Of a stretch of DNA of 41,822 nucleotides, positions 12,401-23,738 are shown in pieces. The position numbers and the translations under genes were made by a program. A model generated the notes under the pieces. It made no database searches. It worked only from the letters and a program-made list of their open reading frames with translations, and was not told the origin of the DNA. Source of the DNA: Parasitella parasitica NRRL 2501 (lineage: Eukaryota > Fungi > Mucoromycota); NCBI GenBank assembly GCA_025201805.1, contig MU619423.1:1-41822 (forward strand). The letters are read 5' to 3'. Each line of letters begins with the position of its first letter. The first letter of the stretch is position 1.

Positions 12401-12876
12401 TGGCATTTTCAGAATGAATTTTCACTCTCGATAGATTTTGAACAATGGCCAAAAGAGACTGAAAGAAGCATTTGAAACGACAAAATTGACTACGGCCATG
12501 ATGCCACCGCCCGTTGAAAAAGATGATATGTCCATGATGATCGATAGCAATGATGAACAAGAAGACAACGGCAATGAAAATAGCCGGCCAACGCAACATG
12601 TTCGAATCGCCAATGAGGTAATGCATTCAATACGATCATGCAAAAGAACGTCAAGAACTAAAACTATTAATAGGACTTCTCCCTGAAAAGACAAACAACC
12701 GACGAGAGTCCTTCTTTTGATGAGGAAGCGGACGATAGCTATGAAAGTGATATAGCTGAAATTTTGGGCCAAATGAAGCGACAGAAACGCAGAAGGTACG
12801 TGAACAGAACGTTCGGGCTCGTATTACAGACACTGACTGACACTCTTTTCCTTATAGAAAACTGCGTGCACGCTGA
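9475..12876 (+). CDS. Kinesin-6 family motor (KIF20/KIF23/Klp9-like), multi-exon
   Basis: P-loop AYGVTNSGKTYT, switch I NQTSSRSHSIF, switch II DLAGSER, INKSLMVLGQC and VPFRHSKLTELF, then a coiled-coil stalk. The last micro-exon (12858-12876) ends KRQKRRRKLRAR*. Confidence 0.9.
10204..10246 (+). repeat. (AGG)n microsatellite and G-runs in a kinesin intron
   Basis: About 10 AGG units directly after the GTA donor at 10201. Confidence 0.85.
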
Positions 12877-13036
12877 GATATTTTGCCAAGTATAAATAGA
12901 CCACTGCTATAACCATATGATATCACCCTACTACCAAGCCTAATTTTTTTTTTTTTCTTTTTTTCGTATAAATAATGCGTCTTGCTTTACCAAATAATAT
13001 TATACTTCTTTCTTTATTCTAATAAACACACAAAAT

Positions 13037-13225
13037 ATGATTTCTGCCATTTCTCCTGTCGCCATGGATCACTCCAAGTTTTATTCCCGCTCCACAATCA
13101 AATCCAGAGTAGCCAAACGCAATCAATTGCACCAAATATTCATCAGTCTCAAAAGAAGCTTGACTGAACGAAGAGATCATCAAGAAAAAAGACCTCAAGA
13201 TGGCAAAACAAATCCAATGGAATAA
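13037..13225 (+). CDS. Putative small basic protein (62 aa), function unknown
   Basis: ATG in A-rich context (CAAAATATG), TATAAATA upstream at ~12967, and a UTR-like poly-T/(TTA)n tract downstream. No recognisable domain. Confidence 0.4.
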   Translation: MISAISPVAMDHSKFYSRSTIKSRVAKRNQLHQIFISLKRSLTERRDHQEKRPQDGKTNPME

Positions 13226-13353
13226 TCAATATCCATATCATCTAAACTGTAGCATAACTCACAATTACAACATATACATATATTTTTTTTTTTTTTTTTT
13301 GTACATAATAACAATAATAAAACAAATCATACTTTCTTTTCTTTTTTTTTTAA

Positions 13354-13354
<1 letters not shown>

Positions 13355-13387
<33 letters not shown>
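13355..13387 (+). repeat. (ATT)n microsatellite
   Basis: About 11 perfect ATT units. Confidence 0.9.
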
Positions 13388-15055
13388 TCTGAATAAATCG
13401 TGATGGTACATCATTACCAGATTACACGTTGATCGTAACCATAGACACATGTTCGTTATTTTGTTGAACCGATGATTCGGTCTAGTTGCTTAAATGGACT
13501 GTTTTGACATCCTCTTGATATGCCAGGTACGCAAAGTAGCTTCAAATAGCGTTAGACTGAAAGCCACTCTTTTAATGCCAGATTAGCGTAATGTTTATTT
13601 CTACAGATAGTATCTCATGCAAACTGGTGTATTGTCAGCATCTATCGTTTTCCTAGCGTATACATACAACATAAAAGCATATAAACAGATAGCCATAACC
13701 AAATTTGTTGCGTGTGTTATATTGCACCAGTCAACTTCAAATTGGAGAAAAATGAAAAAATATAAACGGAATAACTGCGCAGTGTATAACATGTCGATCA
13801 AGCTGATTTCTCTAAATGGAATAAAACTCAAGAGAATATAAATAGTAGGACTCAACTGCCAAGATTGAACTCGTATTATGTCATGAATGTTTTGATTATG
13901 TAAAATGCCCCAAGTCTTGGCTAAAATATATTAAACGCATAGAAACATTACCCAGGATATTGCCCAAAAAAAAAAAAAAAAAAAAGTTGAAGATTAGTAT
14001 ACAGCAGCAAAAAACCGAGTATTAGCATATTTAAATTTTAGCCTTGCTTGGTTACCTAAATATAGTATTTATAATGACATGATAATGGCTAGCAATCGAT
14101 ATGTACAATTCTGTTTCAAAGCGATTCCCTTCATTATAGTGTTAAAGCAGGGCGATATTATTGGATGAATAATTTGTTTATCTTGCCCAATATTATCATT
14201 TAACTATGCTTTTCATAAGTTTCTCCCATAGTTAGAAAGATCAAGTATATTACAGCGATTGTAGATGTAATGAATGACGAATAATGTAATATTACTTGTG
14301 ATTTATCATGTAAGTATACAATGGGTTCTTTATTGCATTGATATCCCTTCAAATACAACATCAGCCTAGCAGTTATTTCAGACACCATACTTCAAGTGGG
14401 ATGTTGGCTTGTCCATTCATAGACATTTATCAAATGTCATAATGGTGACTAATGTTCCTGAGTATAGATAGCCCTCTAATCTCGTTTAATGCCTTTCGGT
14501 TACTCTCATTTTCAAATCATAACTTAGTTTGTTCTTTTTGTCAAGCTGTAGGTGTTTATGTGCATTTTTTGGTATGAAAATTGGTGGTTTTTTTTTTAAA
14601 GGTTAAATGTTCAATGTTTATAGGCTATACAGTAGAGATAATAAGGCATCAAGTAGTAGTACAGATGAGCATTAGGTTATCTGCTAAAGAGGTCGCCATC
14701 GTTAAATGTATATCATGCAATGATGAGGATGAACAGCTCGAGCATTAGCGTCATCATCGAATGGGCAGAAGAAGTATGTAAACTTTTCACCATCTATTAC
14801 TCTGCATTTGCTCTTTTTCTGTCTGCCGTTTGGTCGTTGAGTTGGTAATGCACCGTTGAGCCCCAATGCAAGCTCAAACGCTTTATGTGTGCAACCTTAA
14901 TGTCCTTGGTGAGTTGGGTGACGTCGAGTCACCTCAATTACGTACCAAAGAAGGGACGCGCCAGCGCGAAACGACCTTCTTTTTGAAAAAGGGCATTAAA
15001 TAAACATCTTTCATACTTTTGTTTAAACAACAATTTCATTTTTAATAACGCTACC

Positions 15056-16051
15056 ATGGCTAGAAGATACGATTCAAGAACCACCATCTTTTCACCCGAA
15101 GGTTTGTTCAGATTGAGAGACAAATAGTGAAGGAACAGTGTAGCTCATCAAATCACTGGTAGGTCGTTTATACCAAGTTGAATATGCTATGGAAGCTATT
15201 TCTCTCGCAGGTATCGCACTCGGTATCCTTGCCAAAGACGGTGTTGTTATTGCAGCAGAAAAGAAGGTTACTTCCAAACTCTTGGAAAAGTCTACGTCCT
15301 CTGAAAAGATTTATAAACTGAACGAGTGAGTTTTTTTATTTTTTATTTTTGCATCTGTAATTTTGCCAGTGGCAGTGCAATGACTAACCTTCAGCAAATA
15401 GCAACATCATCTGCGGTGTTGCAGGCATGACGGCCGACGCCAACATCTTGATCAATTGGACACGAGCCAGCGCACAACGTTATCTGTTTGCTTACAATGA
15501 AGAAATTCCAGTCGAGCAGCTTGTTCAAAGTTTATGTGATTTAAAGCAAGGCTATACTCAGTACGGTGGTTTGCGTCCTTTTGGCGTCTCGTTCATCTTT
15601 GCTGGCTACGATGAACACCATGGCTTCCAGCTCTATCATTCTGATCCTTCTGGAAACTATGGCGGCTGGAAAGCTACTTGTATCGGCGCCAACAATGCCA
15701 CTGCACAAAGTATTTTAAAGCAAGATCATAAGGAGGAGATGACACTGGATGAAGCAAAGGCATTGGCCATCAAAGTTTTGAGCAAGACTATGGATAGCAC
15801 AACATTGACAAGCGAAAAGTGTAAGTAACAAAAATGGAGAGAAAGGAGAGAGAGAGAGAGAGAGAGGGGGGGGGCATGATTCTGTTGAGGCAAGCGACTA
15901 ACTGATGTCTTGTGCAGTGGAATTCGCTACTATTAAACTTGTTGATGGAAAGGTTAAATACGATCTTTACCAAGCTGAAGAGATTGATGCTTTATTGAAA
16001 GAACAAAATGTTGGTGCTGCTGCCACCACTACCGAGACAGCAACTCAATAA
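15056..16051 (+). CDS. PRE9: 20S proteasome subunit alpha-3 (Pre9/PSMA4), 4 exons
   Basis: [16 protein letters not shown]|[12 protein letters not shown] and [20 protein letters not shown]...[18 protein letters not shown]; introns give a frame to TAA at 16049-16051. Confidence 0.97.
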
Positions 16052-16090
16052 ATTGATTGGATTAAAAAAAAAAAAAAAACGATAATCAAC

Positions 16091-17111
16091 TCAAGCAGTT
16101 GGGTACAGATACAATGCTGCTAATGCACTCATGGATGTAGTAATAAATGATGATAAAATATTGACTTGATGATTATCCAAGATGGGTACACCGCTGATAA
16201 CTTGGATGTTTTCGCCTGGCTTCAGTTGAGGCACAATTTTCTTTTGATCTTGAGAATACAGACTCTGCTGAACAGTAGCTCCCAATAAGGAATCAACCTT
16301 TTAATGCGTTTGTTTAGCAATCAGGATGCGCACCTGTCTAATTTCTGACTTACCAATGAGCCTCCAATACCAGCAAAGGAACCTAGTACAATCAGTTCCC
16401 ATGCAAATCCATGGCACGGCTGTTCAAACCAGAGCGTCAGTGTGCCAGCGAGTCCTACAAATGCACCGCCCGCCAAGGAAGCTGCCAGCCCTAAACCAGA
16501 GACACCGCCATTTGTTCCTGGAGGCACCTTTTTGAATCGAGTGATCAAGATGGGCCAGTCTTTATTCAAGATGCCCAGTTCACTAGCCCACTACATGGAA
16601 CGTATTTGCAATCAATGTCGTCTTTTAGTGCGTCATGAATACCTACTGTATCTCCAGCACAGCAGCCATAATGCCTATAAATTCACATCAATTGGACGTA
16701 GCGCGATGAAATGGCCCGTGTACGTTACCCAATGTAGGCCCACAGCAACAATGTGCTCCAGCGAGCCTGGTCATAGCATGCCAATCTTTGGCCCTGACAC
16801 AAGAACTGGAACATTGTAACGACAATCCCACCAGCCAATCCATTACAAGCAACTTGCACCCAGTTTCTCTCGCTGGAAGCTTCATAATCAGCCTCTAAAA
16901 CACGCTTCGCATTTGCTTTGAATTTGGTGAGCTTGCTGCTGCTCAGAAAGAAGGCGAGCAAGACGATGGCAAACAGCCAAAGATCGGACGAAAACGTCGC
17001 CAGGCCCAAGACAAAGGCAGCAGCAGCGCCATCTACACTAAGCGACCTCTTGCGTCTAGAGTGGATGACCATCAACGTTGACAGACATGTTGCAAATACG
17101 AGATTCGTCAT
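16091..17111 (-). CDS. TMEM19: TMEM19/DUF92 membrane protein (COG1836, VTE6-like), 4 exons
   Basis: SSSKLTKFK, RNWVQVACNG, spliced HYGCCAGDT|WASELG (28-nt micro-exon), VPPGTNGGVS.LG, DSLLGATVQ and LDNHQVN. Confidence 0.92.
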
Positions 17112-17210
17112 TTTGTGATGGGATTGAGAAAAGGCTCAGACCGCTACAGGGACTTTTAAATACATAACCAAGGTAATGGGGTACAGTCTGTTTTGCTGGA
17201 ATGAGCTACT

Positions 17211-17230
17211 NNNNNNNNNNNNNNNNNNNN

Positions 17231-17266
<36 letters not shown>

Positions 17267-17275
17267 AGCAGCAGC
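17211..17275. other. Assembly gap (20 N) followed by a ~45-nt poly-A run
   Basis: Ns at 17211-17230 and an A run at 17231-17275; true spacing across the gap is unknown. Confidence 0.98.
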
Positions 17276-17352
17276 CAAAAACAACGCGTTCTTGAATATA
17301 TTATACACATATTTTTTTTTCTTCCCTTTATTCAACTGGACAAAAACAAGAA

Positions 17353-19045
17353 ATGGAATCTGCTAAAGTTGACCTTGAAGAATCACAGAAGCATAAAGAA
17401 CAAGAGGATCAGATTGTCTTTGCTACAGATGATTTGATAGATAAAAATCCAGGCGCTGATGAAAGCATTTTGGTAGAGGAGGTATCAGAGGTGGAGGAAG
17501 TAAAAGTCTCTGGCGTTGTTGATGCGTCTGCTGCCGTTGTGGTTGAGCAAATATCTTCTTCAATTGAAGAGACCACATCTGAAATGCAGTCATTGGAAAA
17601 GACTTCTTTAGATGAGCTGTCTAGTCTAATTGATTTCAATGCCTCCCAGAGCGTTGCTGAGGAAACAGATGAAGTGGATGAGGAAAACGTTACACCGCAA
17701 GCTGTGTCTGTTGCTGCTATTGCGGTTGATGCTGCTATTACTGTTGATGTTGAAACAAACAAAGATGCTGATGTCAATAGCGCCACTGCCGATAAAAATG
17801 ACGATCTTGCCGCTAGCTTGGCTACCGACAATGATGAAAATGTGGAACAAAAGGATACAGAGGAACGCCCAATCCGTAAAGACAAGGAGGATAAATTAAA
17901 TGAAGCTACTGGCGATGATATGCATATTAAAGATGCTAACCTAAAGTTGGGTCAGTCTACCAGCATTGGCGATTCCGATGCCACCGCGACTGCAACCGCT
18001 TCCTCTCCTACTGAGGCAGCAGAGGAAATGGATGTCGATGCTACTGCCAAGTCAAGTGGCAGGAGAAAGACAACCTCCAAGGAGCCTGCCCGCAAATCTA
18101 ATGGCAAACAGTCCAAAGCCAAAGGCAAGGCAGCAATGATAGAGGAGTCAGCTACCGAGACTGAAGATGACGATGTGGACATGCCTGAATATGAGGTCGA
18201 AAAGATTGTTGGTCATCGCACATTTAAGGTAAAAGCACTTTTTTTTTTCTTTTTGCCGGATAATCCCTTTAGGATAATTGACATTTACATCTCATCAGGG
18301 CAAGGTTGTTAAATATGAAGTCAAATGGAAGGGATATTCTTCATCTGATAATACAATTGAGAATGCTCTAACAATGCATGACGATGTGCCTGAATTATGT
18401 GCGGCTTATTGGGCTACGTCTAAAGAAAAGAGACCTGACAACGTCCCTCATGTGCCAACAGAAGAAATACAGACAATAATCCAAGAGCAAAAAAAACCAC
18501 AAGAGACTGACGCTAAAAATGAGTCCAAGGCAGCATCCCCATCAGCAGCAGCAGCAGCAACAGCAGCAAAAACATCAGCATCAGCATCAGCATCAAGCAG
18601 CAAAGTCAAAACCGGAAGTGCTGCAACTAATGAGGGCCAAAGTCATGCTAATGCCAACACACCTCCTTCTAAAAGAAAAAGAAGTAGATCCAGCGGCACC
18701 ACCGAATCACCCTCACTCAAAAAATACAAAAAGAACATGGAGCATATTCCTGACTACATGGTCAAATTAGGATACCAATTTCCCGTCCACTGGCCCAACA
18801 AAAAGACCAAATGGAATGCCGATATAAAGAAAGTCTGCGTCCAAGCATCTCCAGTTAACAGCGAGGTCATATTCACATATCTCGAATGGAATAATGGAGA
18901 AAAGACTATCCACCCCATGGCGGAAGCTCACGAGATGATTCCTGAAAAAGTAAGTTTTTTTCTAGTTAAAAGCTGCTGCAGCATGCTAACACATACATTT
19001 GAGCAGTTGATCCATTATTACGAAGAAAGATTGCAATTCATCTAA
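17353..19045 (+). CDS. swi6: HP1/Swi6-like protein (chromodomain + chromo-shadow domain) with a long acidic N-terminus, 3 exons
   Basis: Chromodomain EYEVEKIVGHR...|..YEVKWKGYSSSDNTIE; basic hinge KRKRSR; shadow domain TYLEWNNGEKTIHP..EAHEMIPEK|LIHYYEERLQF. Confidence 0.85.
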
Positions 19046-19335
19046 GTCTCTCAACAAACAAGTACTCTCATTATTATTACTATTTCTACAGAAAAACGTA
19101 CAGATGTATCTTCTTTTTTTTTTTCTTTTTTTCTTTCTGATCGACCTTGCCCCCCCCCCCCTTGTTTGCTCATATATACATACAAAAGTGTAAAAAAACG
19201 ACAAAAAAACGACAAAAGGCGGCTCCCTATTTTTAAATAAATCAAATTTATATTAAAAAAGCTTGTACCCCCTATTTTATATTCATATCTTTCTTCTTCC
19301 TTTTCCTCTTTTCTTTCTTTTCAATAAACAGCAAA

Positions 19336-20851
19336 ATGTGGACAATATCAAGAGTTGTAAATATGTGTACATGAAAAATCCCTTACATAAATTGATTATT
19401 TTTGTGTGGTTTATAGTTTGGAGACTCTACATGGACACGTGCGATATTCTTGAATGTTTTCTTACAAGCAACCTTGGCCATCATCTTTGAGGCCATTATA
19501 TTCGCTAGTCATGCCAACGAAATCAACATTATCAATGAACAAAGACTGAATCAAAAGGCATTCGGAGCGTCATTAGTCGCAGCCTATGCAAATGCAAGAT
19601 CGCTATTAGTTTACTTTGTGTTGTTCATCATTGCCCAGTTATTCACAGTGATACTAGTGCTTGATGCCGTAAGAAACCTGTAATTCCTGACATTTTATTG
19701 ATTGTCCCTAACAACCGACCTACCTGTAGATTTTCCAAAAAAACACAATTCAATTGATTGCGCTGGTCGCCTTTGAATTAGGAATGTCAGCCTACACCAT
19801 CATCCAATATCACCAATCATCCTCTTTATTCAGCAATACTGATGACCCAAGTGTCCGTTTAGTAATCACATTTTTAGGAGACTCCTTTCATGCTTCAAGA
19901 TGGGCAGAGATTACTCAGATATGCGTCATGCTGGTCTCTTCTATGATCTTTATGTTCTTGGCGTACAAGCTGTATCTTGAGTTTGGCTGGCAAATTTACA
20001 AAAAGATTGGCGCTGATTTAGCCATGCGAGGTATGTTTTCATTGCAAGCAGATGTCTACCAGTAACTCATACGCTACAAGATCGTTATAAAATGTATCAA
20101 ATCTTCATGATGCTCCTCAAATTCGACTTCTTTTTCTTTATAGGCTTCTCCATTCAATATTTAGTCCTGCTGATGGTCGCATGGCTACCAGAAGCAACGA
20201 CCGAAGAAGCCACAGCAAACATTATCAAAGAACTAATTGAACATATTGTGCTCAGTTGTTTGGTGTCAATCGCAATGCTAGCATTAGCCTACTGGGGAGT
20301 AAGTTGAATTTGATCTGATAGTAACAAACGCAAGCTCAACTGTGTAAATATATAGTTACGGCGGGAATGGAAAATGCACATGTACCTGTTCATTGCTCTT
20401 GCCATAGCAAGCATGGCTTATTTCATCTACATGTTGGTGATCATATCACAAAGTCCGGATCGATTCATAGGGTCTAAAGTATTCTTGACCTTCTTTTGTA
20501 AGTGAGCAAATATGATATTATGAGGGGTTTTGCATTAACTAAACGAATGCGAATTTAGTATGCTTTGATTTAGTTTTGATTTTGGTAAAAGATAACATGT
20601 GTTATTTTACAGTGTGTACGACTACTAAACCCATAACATTGATACTAGGTATCTGTGCCTTCTGCTGTGATTTGTTTAAGGAATTTCAACCACGGACTAA
20701 TTAACCACAGTAAGTTTTAAATTAACCGTATATTCAAGTACACCAACTCAAATGATGTATAGTTTCTCATGCAACCACTCTTACTTCCTCTTCTTGTCCC
20801 ATGCATCCAACTGAAAAATCGTCTAATCCAGAACGCTGGTCTATCGAATAA
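19336..20851 (+). CDS. UPF0658-family multi-pass membrane protein, multi-exon
   Basis: Family motifs KNTIQLIAL and [23 protein letters not shown]|[27 protein letters not shown]; ends ERWSIE* at 20851. Confidence 0.8.
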
Positions 20852-20949
20852 CTTGTACCAACCATGTATAAACATTTATATTTAAACATCCCCCCCCCCT
20901 CCTCCTCCCTCCTTCTTTTTACGTTGCGAAAGGGAAAAGAAATGCATTG

Positions 20950-20953
<4 letters not shown>

Positions 20954-20987
<34 letters not shown>
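20954..20987 (+). repeat. (TTA)n microsatellite between convergent genes
   Basis: About 11 TTA/ATT units. Confidence 0.9.
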
Positions 20988-20988
<1 letters not shown>

Positions 20989-21093
20989 ATAAGATACAAA
21001 TTGTATTATACTATTTTGCTCTTTTTTTTTTACGATATATTATAGAGTATAGTACAGTGTTGGCTTGATAATACTTTTTTGTTTTTTGTTTTT

Positions 21094-22304
21094 TTAAAGT
21101 CGTCTTCCAGCGACAGCGCAAAAGAATATCATGAAAATAAGGGTGACAAGTAGTATGATGCTCGATACAATCATGGATCTTCTTCTTAAAATGGCTCTAG
21201 CCCGACGGTGAACAATATGATTGAATTGAAATGGGACAGTCTCACTAAAAAGATGTCAATATTGATCCAAAAAAAAAACCTAGTAAGCTCAACTTACCTC
21301 AGATTGAACCCAAGAGCCCACACAGGATCAACACCTGTTATCGAGGTAATTACGCAATACACGCCAAAGATAATAGGCAATATACCCTTTAAAAAAAAAC
21401 AGGGAGCTTATGAGAACTAACAAGAGGAGAGAAAGAAATATTTCAAAATTACCCATAATCTCTTTTGCCAGGGATGGATGTTCAAGAATATCAAGGAGAA
21501 TTCTAATGAAAATCCAATGAGCAAGAGGACAAGGCCGCATGCAAGCCTTCCTATTTGCTGAGGCAATGTTAAATTCATAAACACCTTATAACGGAGAAAG
21601 AGAGGAAAGGTCGATTCAAGTAGTTGATGCACATATTCTTTTGCTTGTGCATAAATAATCGGATTTTCAGGATGTCCTGTGTTACCAGCAGCCTTCTCAC
21701 TGTCATAAAAATGATGTCCAATGCTCTCTTTGATGGACGCAGGTAATTGAACGACTTCCTTTTCTGCGCTGGGCACAATATAGCGAAGATAGATACGTTC
21801 CACGGCTTCAATCATTTCGGCTTGTGTTGGAGGTGGCTTTTTGGGCTGGCTGCCGTTGGTTGTGGTGGAGTACATGGTGGTTGCCAAGGATGCGCGAGGG
21901 TGAAGCAATAACATGTGGGTCAAGACGTCGTTCGAGTTGGAAATGTTGCTTTGCCTCTGATGGTAGTCTATGATACTGGATGATATGGACGGTTTTGGGA
22001 GCTGCTGGTGCTGCTGTTTGGGTGAAAACTTGGCGCTTGCTCTTTTGGAAGCATATTTTATGTATCTCTTGTACAAGATGTCTGCTTGGGCTACGTCCAA
22101 CCAAAAATCTAATAAAATTTCTAATTGGAGCCTGTCTCGAAGCACTATGTAATAGTTGTACAAGCACACTGGCGGTTGACTTTGCCGATGTAACACATCA
22201 TCTAATGTTGGGAGCTGATCCAACACAGACGCAATCTTTGAATTGGCGGCTCGAGAAAGTGGATGAATGGTATCATTCTCGTTCAAATTCGATTCCGTTG
22301 CCAT
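21094..22304 (-). CDS. RAX1: Rax1-like RGS-domain membrane protein (polarity/bud-site selection), 3 exons
   Basis: LPTLDDVL...PPVCLYNYY....LDFWLDV, ERIYLRYIVPSAEKEV.LP, FPLFLR..VFMNLT, then three TM segments ending CAVAGRRL* (TAA at 21094-21096 on the minus strand). Confidence 0.85.
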
Positions 22305-22678
22305 GCTTCTAATGTCGAATTGGAAGAAAGAGAGAGAGAGAGAAATAAAAAAATAAAAAATAAAAAAAAGAGGGAAGTAGGGTGCTCTTCTACATCATGA
22401 TTAAATAAAAGCGTACAAAAAAAAAGGAGGCTTCAATCACATATTGATTGGCTGGCAACATTAAAATTCGTTCAAATGTAATGGTACTGATGCCTAATGG
22501 GGTGTGATGTTCTTTTGTTGCACATCCTTCTTCTATTGCACGGAGTGCCAAATGGCAAGGTGGTGATAACGATGATTGCCTGCACAATTTTATTTGTCCC
22601 TCTTCTTTTCTTAATTTCTTTATGGCTCAATACGACAACAAATATTTACATAAATTCATTTTGTGATCATAGAAGCGA

Positions 22679-23738
22679 ATGAATAGCATCAACTATAATT
22701 CTATAAATGAAATCCATTATCCAATAGCGGATCCGCCAGATCCACTTCAAAGATATTGCTCTGGACATCTTGACCAAGATATTTTCGGGATTTCTGTATA
22801 CCGTTCAAATAACGCCCAACAGCAAAGTGAGTTGTAGGCTATTTTATTACAAAAGTACTAACGCATGACACAGCATTTGTTAGAAAAGTTATTACAATAG
22901 CAACTTTGCAATTCGTATTATTATCCATCATGATATTTTTCATTGTTCAAATCTGTCCCTTATTTGAGTGGCTTAAGAACAGGTAAATGCGCTTGCAATA
23001 ATATACATATAGTAAGCGTCGAGATAGCTTATATCCTCCTCTGAAGCACATATGTTTGGTATATTCCACTCATTCCAATATTTATATTATCCATAATCGT
23101 AATTTGGCAACTCTATAGCCAGTATTTTCATCTCTCTGTGCCTACAAGAATAACATTATTGTGTATTTATTCCTTATTCATTACCACAGTGGTATCAAAT
23201 ATAGGTAGGTGCTGCTGAAATGCAATATATTATACAAACATAACAGGGGAAAAACTGATATCATATGTCTGCAGTTTCAAAGCTACTTTACAAAGAAGGA
23301 ATTTCAGTCATCATCATGGCTATATATGGACTATCATGTTTACTTTTGTGCACATTTCAGAACAGATTTCCCTTTCGCGGAGCGTTCCCATTGTAAGTAT
23401 ATCCCGTAGGTGATAGAAAGGAAGAAATTAATGTGATTCATAGCGTTTGCAGCTTGGGTGCTGTTTGTCTTTGTTCACTCTGGCTAAGAAAGATTTATAC
23501 CATGGACCCGTTGGAGATACTCTTCCCTATCACAGCAGCTAGTCTCATTTGTATTTATGTCATTTTAGAATTATTCTATATTATGAGGATTATGACAAAA
23601 GACGACTATTTGCTGGCAAATGTTTATTTGTTTGTTGATCTCGTTTATCCAATACGCTTTATTCATCATTTTTGTGAACTAACGGATCATATGAATGTAT
23701 TTCCAGATATTTTATACCCAGGAGAAAGTAGATTTTAA
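22679..23738 (+). CDS. Divergent Bax inhibitor-1/TMBIM (Bxi1/LFG-like) membrane protein, ~5 exons
   Basis: FGISVYRS....TFVRKVITIATLQF resembles the BXI1 pattern FIRKVYSIL..QL; the C-terminal YVILELFYIMR..TKDDYLLANVYLFVDLV resembles DTQ.IM...PEEY..A...LY.D. Start codon uncertain. Confidence 0.65.

Noticed and set aside
14909-14941. Imperfect palindrome GGTGAC-GTCGA-GTCACC upstream of PRE9
   Set aside because: Short; compatible with ordinary bZIP-like sites or chance. No Rpn4/PACE (GGTGGCAAA) match seen.
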